A stretch of DNA of 64,000 nt from Candidatus Hodarchaeota archaeon (GTDB lineage Archaea; Asgardarchaeota; Lokiarchaeia; Sigyniarchaeales; SOKP01). The notes beneath the pieces are model-generated. The model did no database searches, had not been told where the DNA came from, and saw only the letters and a program-made list of their open reading frames with translations. Location: the NCBI GenBank assembly GCA_048886685.1, contig JBHLKM010000009.1, positions 1 through 64,000 on the forward strand, read 5' to 3'. Shown piece by piece: positions 29,979 to 40,754 of this stretch. The position numbers and the translations under genes were made by a program. The stretch's first letter is position 1. Every line of letters starts with the position of its first letter.

Positions 29979-31028
29979 TTAATTTAAGTAAGTAGAAATA
30001 GTTTTTATGCGTTTTTCTGCGGTTTTAACGATGTCATCGATAATATCTGGTACTCGTTCTATGCTATTGATAATTCCTATACTTTGTCCTAAAAGAACAG
30101 CACCATCCTCGATATTTCCTCTATAAGCAAGTTCATATTTTCTTGATTGATCAACCATCTCATCTGGAGTGGTTGCAGCTTCTTGAGCCATTTTTTCTTC
30201 TTTGCTCGCAACAAGACCACGCGATAAAGAATATTTATTTTTCCAGAGTCTTATTGGTCCAAATCCACCTGTAACCAAAACAGTATCTTGTGCTCTAGCA
30301 GGAGGTATTACGCTCTTTATTGCGTCATGAAATTCGCTTTCTTTTGATCCTATAAAACGTGACCCCATAACAATAGCTCCAGCACCCATAGCTAAAGCAG
30401 CTGCGAGCGCTTGACCTGTGGCATATCCCCCACATGCTGCGATGGGTATATCTGGGTATTTTTGGGTAACTTGCTGCAGTAAAACTAAAGAAGTAACTTT
30501 TTCATAAGATTGGTGACCTCCCCCTTCATTTCCTGTTATTACCATACCATCTACATTTGAAGTAACACATTTATCAGCAAGCCACAGCGCAGGAGCTACA
30601 TGGAAATGTTTGATATTTGAGACTTCTCTTAGTTTTTGAAAAGATTTTGATGATGGGAGTAATTTTGAAGATCCCGCACTTGTCACCGCATAAATACATT
30701 GTTCCTTAATTTTTGGGTTTTCCATAATGAATTTTGGAATATCTTTGGCTAAAGCTGAAGCAGAAGGAGCTATTCTTGAAGCCAAGATGTTAAATCCAAA
30801 CGGTTTATCTGTGTGCTCAACTACATATTTCATATTATCTTTCATTATATTAACTGGATTTCTCCCTGCTTCATACTCACTAATTAAACCGGTATTGCTT
30901 AATACACCAAGACCACCTGCCTCAGAAACTGCGACTGTTAACTCAGTTGTATAAAATGGACCCATTGGCGCAGATATTATGGGATGTTTTATCCCAAACA
31001 TTTCAGTAATATTTGTTTTAATAACCAT
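29979..31028 (-). CDS. Nitronate monooxygenase / FabK-like FMN enoyl-thioester reductase
   Basis: T.MFGIKHPII.APM, AVSEAGGLG, EGGGH, GG, MGSRF, GQSIG.I. Confidence 0.85.
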   Translation of the reverse strand: MVIKTNITEMFGIKHPIISAPMGPFYTTELTVAVSEAGGLGVLSNTGLISEYEAGRNPVNIMKDNMKYVVEHTDKPFGFNILASRIAPSASALAKDIPKFIMENPKIKEQCIYAVTSAGSSKLLPSSKSFQKLREVSNIKHFHVAPALWLADKCVTSNVDGMVITGNEGGGHQSYEKVTSLVLLQQVTQKYPDIPIAACGGYATGQALAAALAMGAGAIVMGSRFIGSKESEFHDAIKSVIPPARAQDTVLVTGGFGPIRLWKNKYSLSRGLVASKEEKMAQEAATTPDEMVDQSRKYELAYRGNIEDGAVLLGQSIGIINSIERVPDIIDDIVKTAEKRIKTISTYLN

Positions 31029-31170
31029 ACAATATCACTTTGGATTTTCATTAATTTTTTTTTATATTATTATCTTCCGTGTAAAATTAAAAAAACTTTT
31101 GAATTATTCGCTTCGTTCAAATAAAATGAATTTCAAATCTTTTTTATACTGAAATGGTTTATTTTCTTTT

Positions 31171-32328
31171 ATGAGTTTAATAAACTTTTTCATTGCAATC
31201 CATTTAAAACTTAAGCAATACAGATTACAGTTTCTATTTTTCTTCTTTTGTTGGTTTGCAGGTTTTTTATTTTTCTTTTTTACAGAACCCGGTGATAATT
31301 TAGGAGAGATATTTCTATATTCCCTAACGGTACGTTCTCCTAGTGGTGCTGGTGATTTAGCTAACTTTTATGCCTTAATATGGCCTATTTTACTAGAAGT
31401 GATTTTTTTCGGATTCATCATGGGTGAATTGCTGCAAAAGTACAATCCTCTTATTACCAGTAGAATTCTCGCTCGACACCAAAGAAATCATGCAGTTGTA
31501 ATAGGTTATCAACATCTTTCAGAAAGAATTGTAGAATACTGCATCGAGAATAAAGAAGCCTTTAGTCTTATAGAAGATCATTATGAATTAGTGGAAGATT
31601 TAATAACTGTTGGAAAACCAGTAGTTGTGGGTGATCCATCTGAAACAACTAACCTAGAATTTGCGAATGTAAAAAGAGCGAAAGAAGTTTTTATTACTGT
31701 TGATGATGTTAGAATTGCTATAATTTGTGCTGAGAAAATACGTAAAATGAATAGAGAATGTCACATTTATGTCCGTGCATTTGAAGATCATGTACAAGAG
31801 TATCTCAGACAACCTCCATTAAACGCATTTTCATTTTCTACATCAAAATGGGCAATGGATGGAATCCAAGAATGGACAAGAGGGAAAACTGGTAATGTAA
31901 TTGTAATAGGGCGTGATAGTTTAACCCATCGAATTGCTTACACCCTTTCCCTACAGCCAGATCGCGAAATTTTTCTTTTTGACGATGAACACGATGGCAT
32001 TGAATTTGTAGTTAATGAAAGATTACATATTATCAATGAATTAGCTTATTTTTTGAGTGATCTCCGTGCTCATGTAAATTTGGATGAAATTACCCAAGCA
32101 TTTATTTGCTGGAAACGAGAATCTGAATTCGATGAATCGCTTTATATAGCATCTAAGCTAAATTCTCGCCATCCTCATATTGAGATATTTGTACGAATCT
32201 TTGACGAAGAACTTATTGATTTGGTAGAAAAATATAATGCAAAAACCTTTTCTACATCTAGCAATGCGTTTAAAATGCTTCAAAAAGAAGTTGCACCAGA
32301 TTCGGCAATAGCTCCAAGAAGACATTAA
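31171..32328 (+). CDS. Two-TM protein with tandem RCK/TrkA-N domains (potassium-channel-like, non-canonical filter)
   Basis: Two TM helices, then NHAVVIGY..L..RIV..GDP..L..ANV..A, second GNVIVIG; no TxGYG. Confidence 0.75.
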   Translation: MSLINFFIAIHLKLKQYRLQFLFFFFCWFAGFLFFFFTEPGDNLGEIFLYSLTVRSPSGAGDLANFYALIWPILLEVIFFGFIMGELLQKYNPLITSRILARHQRNHAVVIGYQHLSERIVEYCIENKEAFSLIEDHYELVEDLITVGKPVVVGDPSETTNLEFANVKRAKEVFITVDDVRIAIICAEKIRKMNRECHIYVRAFEDHVQEYLRQPPLNAFSFSTSKWAMDGIQEWTRGKTGNVIVIGRDSLTHRIAYTLSLQPDREIFLFDDEHDGIEFVVNERLHIINELAYFLSDLRAHVNLDEITQAFICWKRESEFDESLYIASKLNSRHPHIEIFVRIFDEELIDLVEKYNAKTFSTSSNAFKMLQKEVAPDSAIAPRRH

Positions 32329-32411
32329 AGTTAAATTTCGATAAATCTTTATTAATCAAAGGTGAATTGAGAAAATGTCAGATGAGATTATAAAGATTGT
32401 ACATAATATTT

Positions 32412-32945
32412 CTAATTACTTGACCATTCATATCTACACTTAGTACAGCTTTTCTTTTTTGCGTAGATTTTTTGAGGGGAATAGCTAATTACTCTGGATT
32501 TATCATTAATTTCTTTTATTGCAAAACCCATTGCACCACATCGGGGGCATACTCTCTTATTTATACGAGTATCTTCACCAATAGCTGAATTAGGTGTTCT
32601 ATACTGATCAGCTGCTGGTGGTGTGTATGATTCTTGACTTGGGTATGATGCTGGGTGTTCTTGTTGAGGTGGGGGAGGTGGAGGCGTGTAAGATTCTTGA
32701 TCTGGGTACGATGGTGAACTTTTTTGCCGAGGTGGGAGTGGAGGTGGAGTTATTTCTCCTGGTAATTCTTGAATTTTCGCTTTGAGGTATCTATTTTCTG
32801 TAGTTAATCGAATTATTGTATTTTCTTTTTCCGTCACAAGTGCTTGGTAATAGTGAATTTCGGAAAATAATGCAGTAATTTGTTCTTCCAGTTTATTTAT
32901 CATTTCTTCAAACTCAGGTGGAAATTCAACTATGTTATTATTCAT
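32412..32945 (-). CDS. Coiled-coil, proline-rich linker, C-terminal Zn-ribbon protein
   Basis: N-terminal heptads; TPPPLPP/TPPPPPP; CPRCG..CTKCRYEW. Confidence 0.75.
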   Translation of the reverse strand: MNNNIVEFPPEFEEMINKLEEQITALFSEIHYYQALVTEKENTIIRLTTENRYLKAKIQELPGEITPPPLPPRQKSSPSYPDQESYTPPPPPPQQEHPASYPSQESYTPPAADQYRTPNSAIGEDTRINKRVCPRCGAMGFAIKEINDKSRVISYSPQKIYAKKKSCTKCRYEWSSN

Positions 32946-33261
32946 ATAATATGTTCACACCTCACTCTTAACAATATTGTCATTAGTTAGTATTTTCACT
33001 ATTGTACTTAGTTTGATTGAGAATATAAATGTTATTGGTAAGAAATTCGAAAATTAGATTTTCTGAAACTTAAGCAATCGCATTTAAATAATCATCTAAC
33101 AAAACTTCAATGTTTTTTAAGTTATTTATAATATAAAAAAATTCTTATGTTTCTACTTTTATGTTCAAAATTTATATTTTTCCTTGCCTAAAAATCTTTT
33201 TTAAATTTATTTAATTTAATGAACCAAAGCTTATTATAATGCAATAAAAAACTAAAATATT

Positions 33262-34536
33262 ATGAAAACACTGAAGATACAATTCAAATCTGATGAACAA
33301 AGATCTGCTGTAAATAAATTCTCCCTCACTACTGCAGTATTTTTTGCGGGGATCGCGGGTTATGCCTATTTTGCATTCTTGCCAGCATTTTTAGAATCAA
33401 AAGGTTACTCGGCAGGTGGAATAATATTTATTATGACATGGATGGGTGTAGGGATGGCGTTCTTTTCCTGGTTTTTTGGGAGAATAAGTGATAGAACTGG
33501 TCGTAGAAAATTTTTTTTAATTTTTGCCTTATTTTCTCAAATTGTTATATTTATGTTGTTGAATCTGAATACTCATATTATTTTTTATTGTATTCTAAAT
33601 TTTTTTAGGGGTTCTCTATTAGGGATGAGAATGCCTGTAGAAAATGCTTTATTTGCTGACATTGTGGAAAAATCGAATAAAAAAAATGGTATAGATGCCA
33701 ATTTAGGAACAATTGAAATTAGTGGAACTCAATTATCACTTCTTAACGCAACTAAAAGCAGTGGTTGGGCTATTGGCGTTTTAGGTTCAAGTTTCATTAT
33801 TTCTGTTTTTGGTGAAGGATCTTTAGTCCTTTTCTTGATATATGCAACAACGATAGCGCTTATATTTGCAATACCCGTGCAAGATATAAAAAAAGAAGAA
33901 CTTACAATAAATGAAAGTGAGACTGAAATTATTAAAGAAGAATTATTAATCCAAGATCCGAGACAAGGAAAATTGAAAAATTCAAGAAAAAGAGCAAAAG
34001 TTAAATTCCATCTCTTTATTAGTGTCTTTTTTCGCCAATTTGGTGTGATACCCTTTCTCCAGATAATATATATTATACTAACTGATGCAGGTATTTCTAT
34101 AGGTCTAACTGGTGTTGTTATCGCTCTTAATCCTATTTTGCAAGTACTAGCTATGGTGATTATGGGAAGATTAGTTGATAATCCAAAAATTTCAGAAAAA
34201 TTAATGCTTGCCGCGGGGTTTAGTTTATCAGCATTAACATTATTTTGTTATGCAGGAGGTTCAGCTACAGGTAATATTACCTTTTTTATATTGGGTCAGT
34301 TATGTCTTGGTTTTGGGTGGGGTTGTATTTATACAGGAGCAGTGAAATACATTGTAAACCGAGCACCTCTTGACAGAGCATTCTATATGGGTATTTGGAT
34401 TACTGATCTTCAGGTTGCCAAAATAAGCTCCTATCTAGTATTCGCATTTTTATGGTTTATTTTTTCTCCTACATTGGTTTTACCGTATGCGGCTTTAATC
34501 CCACTTATTGGAGTAGTACTCACTTTTTGGTTATAA
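33262..34536 (+). CDS. MFS transporter
   Basis: FGRISDRTGRRK and MGRLVD motif A; about 12 TM. Confidence 0.88.
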   Translation: MKTLKIQFKSDEQRSAVNKFSLTTAVFFAGIAGYAYFAFLPAFLESKGYSAGGIIFIMTWMGVGMAFFSWFFGRISDRTGRRKFFLIFALFSQIVIFMLLNLNTHIIFYCILNFFRGSLLGMRMPVENALFADIVEKSNKKNGIDANLGTIEISGTQLSLLNATKSSGWAIGVLGSSFIISVFGEGSLVLFLIYATTIALIFAIPVQDIKKEELTINESETEIIKEELLIQDPRQGKLKNSRKRAKVKFHLFISVFFRQFGVIPFLQIIYIILTDAGISIGLTGVVIALNPILQVLAMVIMGRLVDNPKISEKLMLAAGFSLSALTLFCYAGGSATGNITFFILGQLCLGFGWGCIYTGAVKYIVNRAPLDRAFYMGIWITDLQVAKISSYLVFAFLWFIFSPTLVLPYAALIPLIGVVLTFWL

Positions 34537-34554
34537 TAGGATTCAAAACATTTT

Positions 34555-35340
34555 TTATTCTAAATCACTTTTATACATACCTTCTAATTGAACTCCAAGT
34601 GAATTGAGCACTAAAGCTAATAAATTATAATAACCAACAATGAAGAGAATTTCAATGAGTTGATTAATCTTATATCGTTCTGACAGGATATTCCAAGTTG
34701 AGTCTGAAATGAAATTATCAGTGTAAAGTTCATCGACTGCACGGACTAATGTCGCATCAAATGGATCCCAGCCTTCAGCATCTGGTCCTTCTTTTATTCG
34801 GTCAATTAATTGATCAGAAAAAAGACCTGCTCGTTTAGCACCAGTTATATGATGTTGCCATTCGTATTCTGATTTACAAAGCCAAGCAGTACGGGAAATA
34901 ATTAGTTCTTTTTCTCGTGGAGGTATTTCCGAACGAACAAAGACTTGATTTGCAAATAGCCCCCATCTAAGAAAGAGATCCTTATGTCTCATCAAAGTAG
35001 CTCTAAGGTTAAAAATTGTTCCCTTTTGCCTAATATATTCCTTAACTGAAGTTTCGTGATCCTTAATATCAATCGAATTTACATCTAAACCTTTCTCTTT
35101 AAGTTTAAGATGAGAAGATATAGGGTTGAGATAATAACTAATAGAACCTTTCATTTCTTTTACAATAGAAAGAACTGGTTTATTCCAGTCAAGTTCTTCA
35201 TCACATTTTTCATCAAAATTCAATTGATTGATTGCTTTTCTGGAGGATATTAGCTCTTGAACATATTCAACTTCATTTAAAGGAGGAACTCGGGGTTCAT
35301 TAAATTGCATTAGCTTTCTTTTATTAATTTTTCTTTTCAC
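34555..35340 (-). CDS. Carboxymuconolactone decarboxylase/AhpD-like family protein (paralogue 2)
   Basis: PRVPPL..REKELII.RTAWLC.SEYEW.HH..RAVDEL..VG.Y..LNSLGVQ. Confidence 0.82.
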   Translation of the reverse strand: MKRKINKRKLMQFNEPRVPPLNEVEYVQELISSRKAINQLNFDEKCDEELDWNKPVLSIVKEMKGSISYYLNPISSHLKLKEKGLDVNSIDIKDHETSVKEYIRQKGTIFNLRATLMRHKDLFLRWGLFANQVFVRSEIPPREKELIISRTAWLCKSEYEWQHHITGAKRAGLFSDQLIDRIKEGPDAEGWDPFDATLVRAVDELYTDNFISDSTWNILSERYKINQLIEILFIVGYYNLLALVLNSLGVQLEGMYKSDLE

Positions 35341-35443
35341 TTCCTCTTCTTTGTTATTTATTGATCTTATCGCTACAAATATAGATTTTTTTTATTTTGA
35401 AATAATTATACTATAATTTTATAAATTATTTATTCTTCGGCTT

Positions 35444-36259
35444 TCAATCAATGATCCTTTTTACGCAATCTTCAGTTTGAACTCCAAAAGAATTGAGAAA
35501 CATGGCTAACATGTTATAAGCCCCAACAACAAAAGTTAAATCCATGATTTGATTTGAATCATAGCGCTCAGTTAAAGTTTTCCAAGTTTTTTCTGATATA
35601 AACGTGTTTCTGTAGAGTTCATCAGCGGCACGTACTAGAGTTGCATCAAAAGGATTCCATCCTTGAATTTCTGATCCTCTTTTTATTCGGTCAAAATCAT
35701 CATAGGAAAGTCCTACTCGTTTCCCCACGATAACATGATGATCCCATTCATATTTAGCGCCACAGAGCCAAGCAATTCGTAAAATTAATATTTCTTTATC
35801 TCTTGGGGGAAGTAATGAATCATATGTAACATGACTTGCCAATAATAACCATTTCAATCGTAATTTTCTATACTTTATCATTGTAGCTCTAATATTAAAG
35901 ATAGTTCCTTCTTGCCTAATATACGATTTAATAGAATCTTTAAAATCTTCCAAGTTAAATGAATCCATATCTAAACCTTTTTCTTCTAGTTTTAGAAAAG
36001 AAGATAAGTCTTTAAAAGTCGTTTCATTATAACCCTTTAGCCATTGTATAAGAAAATCCATTTCGTTCTCCCATTCTGATTCGATATCTTTTCTTTTAGC
36101 ATATTCAAGTCGATTTAATGCATTATGAAAAAGATATAACTCTTTAATAAAATCAGTTTCGTCTAAGGGAGGGATTCGAGGTTTGTCAAGACGTGGCTCA
36201 ATTTCGTCAACTTTTTTAATTATTTGCTCTTTGTCCTTTTTGCTCATTAATCTTTTCAC
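35444..36259 (-). CDS. Carboxymuconolactone decarboxylase/AhpD-like family protein (paralogue 1)
   Basis: PRIPPL..RDKEILILRIAWLC.AKYEW.HH..RAADEL..LNSFGVQ. Confidence 0.82.
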   Translation of the reverse strand: MKRLMSKKDKEQIIKKVDEIEPRLDKPRIPPLDETDFIKELYLFHNALNRLEYAKRKDIESEWENEMDFLIQWLKGYNETTFKDLSSFLKLEEKGLDMDSFNLEDFKDSIKSYIRQEGTIFNIRATMIKYRKLRLKWLLLASHVTYDSLLPPRDKEILILRIAWLCGAKYEWDHHVIVGKRVGLSYDDFDRIKRGSEIQGWNPFDATLVRAADELYRNTFISEKTWKTLTERYDSNQIMDLTFVVGAYNMLAMFLNSFGVQTEDCVKRIID

Positions 36260-36450
36260 CTATAAATAATAGAATATATCGATCTTTGTAATATAAATAC
36301 TTTTTTGAAAACCAATTTATGTATCGAACATACAGCAGCTATTCTCCAATTCAATATTAAATCGTGAAATTAAAATTGTTAATACAATTTTTATTGTTAA
36401 TTTACAATTTCATTTTAAAATAAAATAAACTAAAAAAAAGTGAAAATAAA

Positions 36451-37728
36451 TTGGAACTCAAAGAAGTTTGGTTAATTGATTATGCACGCACTGCATTCTC
36501 CCGTTCAAGGCCAAGACAACCAGAGAGAGATGTTTTTGGGGAGATTAGGGGAGATGAATTGTTAGCAAGGTTGTTAAAAAAATTTTTTGATGAAAAATTA
36601 GCCGATAAAGGCATAGAGAAAAAAGATATGGAAGAGGTCTCAATAGGAGTTGCTGCAGGTGTTTTAGAGAATTGGACATACGGTGGGAGACTCCCTATCT
36701 TTTTAGCTGGGTTCCCTGTTAACGTACCAGCATTTTTTATTGATAGACAATGTGGATCTGCAGGTTCAGGAATGCATATTGGTATAATGGAACTTATGAC
36801 TGGAAATGCTAAATGTGTATTAGCAACTGGTTTTGAACATATGACTCGTGTTAGGGGAAGAGGAACTGAACCAAATTTAAAATTGTTGGAAAAAGGTAGC
36901 GAATTTTATCGTCCTGATCTGGAAATGCAAACATCTTTCAACATGCTTCAGACAGCTCAGAAATTATATGAAGAAGAAGTACCAACATTTACAAAAGAAG
37001 ACTTAGATAAGTTTGGTGTGAGAAGTCATAATTTAACTGTTAAAAGCCATGAGGAAGGTTGGTTTAAAGGTGAAATCTTTCCCATAGAAGGACATGTAGA
37101 TGGAGATAATAACACTCCCCTAATTGTGGATAGAGATATGAATGCAAGGCCCTCAAGTATGGAAGGACATGCAAAATTACCGAGGTTATCTCAACCATTT
37201 TACTTGGAAAAGAACGGTGGAAAAGAAGGATATGAAAAACGCGAAGGAACTGATCAAGGAGTTATCACTGTAGGAAATTCTTCACCCTTAAATGCAGGAG
37301 CTACAGCAGCAGTCTCAATGACGGCTGAAGAAGCAAAAAAGAGAGGACTTAAGCCTATGGCAAGAATTTTATCTATTGGTTGGGCAGGCGTTCATCCATC
37401 AACTATGGGACGAGGTCCTGTTCCTGCAACTAAGAAAGCATTAGAATATGCAGGTCTTACTGCTGATGATATCGATTATTGGGAAATCAATGAAGCATTT
37501 TGTATAGTAGCCTTAAATTGTATGGATAAATTAGGTATTCCATGGGAGAAAGTGAATGTTATGGGAGGCTCTACTGCAATCGGCCATCCATTAGGTTGTA
37601 CTATGATTAGACTTACAGGAACTTTAGCAAGGATTTTAAAAGATAAAAAGGCTAAGTATGGTATAGCTAACGCTTGCGTAGGCGGTGGACAAGGCGTTGC
37701 GACTCTCATAGAAAATCTTGATGCCTAA
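36451..37728 (+). CDS. Thiolase (acetyl-CoA C-acyltransferase), catalytic residues intact
   Basis: RQCGS, NEAF, GHP, CVGGG. Confidence 0.93.
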   Translation: MELKEVWLIDYARTAFSRSRPRQPERDVFGEIRGDELLARLLKKFFDEKLADKGIEKKDMEEVSIGVAAGVLENWTYGGRLPIFLAGFPVNVPAFFIDRQCGSAGSGMHIGIMELMTGNAKCVLATGFEHMTRVRGRGTEPNLKLLEKGSEFYRPDLEMQTSFNMLQTAQKLYEEEVPTFTKEDLDKFGVRSHNLTVKSHEEGWFKGEIFPIEGHVDGDNNTPLIVDRDMNARPSSMEGHAKLPRLSQPFYLEKNGGKEGYEKREGTDQGVITVGNSSPLNAGATAAVSMTAEEAKKRGLKPMARILSIGWAGVHPSTMGRGPVPATKKALEYAGLTADDIDYWEINEAFCIVALNCMDKLGIPWEKVNVMGGSTAIGHPLGCTMIRLTGTLARILKDKKAKYGIANACVGGGQGVATLIENLDA

Positions 37729-37911
37729 TCCTATTTTTTTATTTTTAAGCGTAAGGATTTAACAAATTTTTTTATTTTTTTACAAAATTTTTAATGAACC
37801 TATTTTTACTATCAATGCGGGGATTTAGATCATTATAATATGAAAGATTTAAAGTTAAAGTTAAATTTCATACTGTAAAAATATTTTATAAAAAGTTTAA
37901 GTGATATAACT

Positions 37912-38853
37912 ATGGGAATGCTAGATGGAAAAGTTGCCATAATTACAGGTGCTGGTCGTGGGGTCGGTCGAGAGGAAGCATTAATTATGGCAAAAGAAGG
38001 ATGCAATTTAGTAATTAATGATATTGGCGGGGGAGCTAGTCATCTCGATAAAGATATTAAAATTGCAGACGCTGTTGTAGAAGAGGTCAAGGCTCTTGGA
38101 GTTAAAGCAATAGCAAATTACGACTCTGTAGTTGATTATAATAAAATGAAAGCTATGATAGATAACACTATATCTGAATTTGGTAAATTAGATATCGTCG
38201 TAAATAATGCAGGTATTTTACGTGATAGAATGATCTTTAACATGTCAGAAGAAGAATTTGACCTTGTTATTGGAGTTCATATGAAGGGTACATTTAATTT
38301 AACTAGACATGCTGGTGCTTATTTTAGAGAGCAAGGAAAAGCAGATGAAACTTTAGGCAATTTTGGTAGAATTATTAATACAGCTTCAGATTCTGGTTTA
38401 TATGGAAATGTGGGGCAATCAAATTATGGCGCCGCTAAATCTGGAATAGCTACTTTTACAGTAATTGTATCTAGAGAACTTGCTAAATACGCAACGGTTA
38501 ATTGTGTTGTACCAAGTGCTCGTACCCGTATGACTACTGATTTAACACCAAGAATGGCTGGATTTATGGAAAGGAAAACGAAAGATGGTTTTGATGTCTT
38601 TCATCCGATGCATTTTGCACCATTAGTTGCTTATTTAGCTTCAGATGCCGCTAAAGATATTAATGGAGAAGTATTTAGAGCTATTGGTGATAAAGTATGG
38701 GTGTATCGTGGATGGCGTGCTGTAAAGAAAATATCAAATGATTGGCAAACATTTACCCCACAACAATTAGCTGAGCGATTTTCTGAATTAATGAAGGATT
38801 TGCCTGATAAAAGGGAAGGTGCAGCAAGTCCACAGGAATTAGGAATGATGTAA
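37912..38853 (+). CDS. SDR resembling the (3R)-hydroxyacyl-CoA dehydrogenase domain of MFE-2
   Basis: TGAGRGVG, VINDIGG, NNAGILRD, SGLYGNVGQSNYGAAK. Confidence 0.88.
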   Translation: MGMLDGKVAIITGAGRGVGREEALIMAKEGCNLVINDIGGGASHLDKDIKIADAVVEEVKALGVKAIANYDSVVDYNKMKAMIDNTISEFGKLDIVVNNAGILRDRMIFNMSEEEFDLVIGVHMKGTFNLTRHAGAYFREQGKADETLGNFGRIINTASDSGLYGNVGQSNYGAAKSGIATFTVIVSRELAKYATVNCVVPSARTRMTTDLTPRMAGFMERKTKDGFDVFHPMHFAPLVAYLASDAAKDINGEVFRAIGDKVWVYRGWRAVKKISNDWQTFTPQQLAERFSELMKDLPDKREGAASPQELGMM

Positions 38854-38912
38854 TTTAATTAAAATATTTTCTAATTTTTTTTTATTTTTATTGTATTTTT
38901 AAGTATAAAATA

Positions 38913-39806
38913 GTGAGTAAATTGGTTTTTATCTATAAAGAAGGAAAATTTAATGATAATAGTTATTTAATTGATGGTTATTTATTTGGGGGGCCAAGAA
39001 GTCTTGCTCTCTATGTAATTGAAAATAGTGGATCTCGGATGCTTATTGATACGTCGACTCCAGAAATGGCAGAAAGAGTTGTAAAAATGTTAAAACAATT
39101 TAAAATTTATCCTATTCATAAGATTTTACTTTCACATTCACACTGGGATCACACCGCAGGGGTCAACCAGCTAAAATCACTAATGAAGGATGTTGATATT
39201 GAAGTATTGGCATCTGAAAATGCAATTGAGAACTTAAAAAATCCAACAGTTATGAATGCTCCTTTTGAAACCACATTTGAGCCTATAGATGATGTTATTC
39301 CATTAAAAGAAGGAGATTTAATCCATCTTAACGGTCTAAAGTTAGAGGTTTTTAATTTCTTTGGGCATACAATGGATTCTATAGCAGTTCTTGATGAAAA
39401 AAATAGAAATATTTTTACGGGAGATGCCATAATTGATAAATCAGGTTATACATACCTTCAGCCAACTTTTATGCCACCAGAATTTAATGAAGCTGAATTG
39501 CTAAAAACATTTCAAAAACTTAGAGATCTAAAAAAAAAGCTAAACTCTATTACTTTAGCTCATTTTGGGGTATGGACAGATGAGGATTTTGAAACTATTC
39601 TTAATGAGATGGAAGATTTTCACTTCAAAACAAAAAAGGCAATAATTCAATGGTATAATGAGAATCTCTCAAGCAGAGAAATTACCCTCAAATATTTTGA
39701 GACTTTTATTCCCAAATCTAAAGTAGTTGAATATGGATTATTAGACAATTTAGAAATGAACATCAAATGGCTAATAGAAGGTTTAAAAGGGAGTGGCTTT
39801 ATTTAG
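38913..39806 (+). CDS. MBL-fold metallo-hydrolase
   Basis: HSHWDH, GHT, FTGD, AHFG. Confidence 0.85.
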   Translation: MSKLVFIYKEGKFNDNSYLIDGYLFGGPRSLALYVIENSGSRMLIDTSTPEMAERVVKMLKQFKIYPIHKILLSHSHWDHTAGVNQLKSLMKDVDIEVLASENAIENLKNPTVMNAPFETTFEPIDDVIPLKEGDLIHLNGLKLEVFNFFGHTMDSIAVLDEKNRNIFTGDAIIDKSGYTYLQPTFMPPEFNEAELLKTFQKLRDLKKKLNSITLAHFGVWTDEDFETILNEMEDFHFKTKKAIIQWYNENLSSREITLKYFETFIPKSKVVEYGLLDNLEMNIKWLIEGLKGSGFI

Positions 39807-39917
39807 GTTTGGCAATCTGATATAATTGATAGTAAAAATAAAGTATTTGAAATGATTAATATACGACTAGAAATAAAAATAAATTGGATTTAAAAAATAT
39901 AAGAAAGGTAAAAAAAA

Positions 39918-40754
39918 ATGTCGTCTGGATTAGATTTAAATTGCGTTGGTATAAAGAATCCGGAAATGACTTTTAAATATACTTGGAGAGATGCCGTACT
40001 TTATGCCGTAGGAGTTGGTGCCCAAGCGGAAGAACTTCCCTTTGTTTATGAGAATACTCCTGGTGGAATTAAAGTTCTTCCTAGTTTTGCGACCATTGCG
40101 AGAGGGATTGCCTTTCCACGCAACTTAGGAAATATATTTTTCCCTAGGTTCATACATGGAGAGGAGTTAATTCATTTACACCAGCCTTTTCCGTCTCAAG
40201 GAGAAGTGATATGTTTTAGTGAAGTTACAGATATTTTTGATAAAGGTAGGGCAGCAGTTATTCATGTAAAATTCACTGGACTAACAAAAGATCGAGAACC
40301 ATTATTTGACGTCAAATCAGCATTCTTTTACTTGGGTGGTGGTGGATTTGGAGGAGATCGTGGCCCTAAAAGTGAATCTTTAACTCCTCCCGAAGGGAAA
40401 GAACCAGATTTTAGCATAACATACAAAACTGCTGAGAATCAAGCAATAATATATAGACTCAATGGTGATTTAAACCCTTTACACATCGATCCTGAATTAG
40501 CAAGACAAGGTGGTCAAGATAGACCAATATTACATGGGTTATGTACTTATGGTCATGCAACAAGAGCAATACTTTATGGTGCATGCGACGGTGATGTCTC
40601 TCGTTTCAAGGAATTCAAAGCAAGATTTACAAACGTTGTTTATCCTGGAGAAACACTTATTACTGAAGGGTGGAAAGACAACGGGCGCTATATAATTCAA
40701 GTTCGAAAGGGCGATACCGTAGTACTTAGCAATGCTTATGCAATTGTTGAATAG
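39918..40754 (+). CDS. MaoC double-hotdog (R)-specific enoyl-CoA hydratase 2 (paralogue 1)
   Basis: LYAVGVG, VLPSF, HGEE, YRLNGDLNPLHID, PILHGLCT. Confidence 0.92.
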   Translation: MSSGLDLNCVGIKNPEMTFKYTWRDAVLYAVGVGAQAEELPFVYENTPGGIKVLPSFATIARGIAFPRNLGNIFFPRFIHGEELIHLHQPFPSQGEVICFSEVTDIFDKGRAAVIHVKFTGLTKDREPLFDVKSAFFYLGGGGFGGDRGPKSESLTPPEGKEPDFSITYKTAENQAIIYRLNGDLNPLHIDPELARQGGQDRPILHGLCTYGHATRAILYGACDGDVSRFKEFKARFTNVVYPGETLITEGWKDNGRYIIQVRKGDTVVLSNAYAIVE

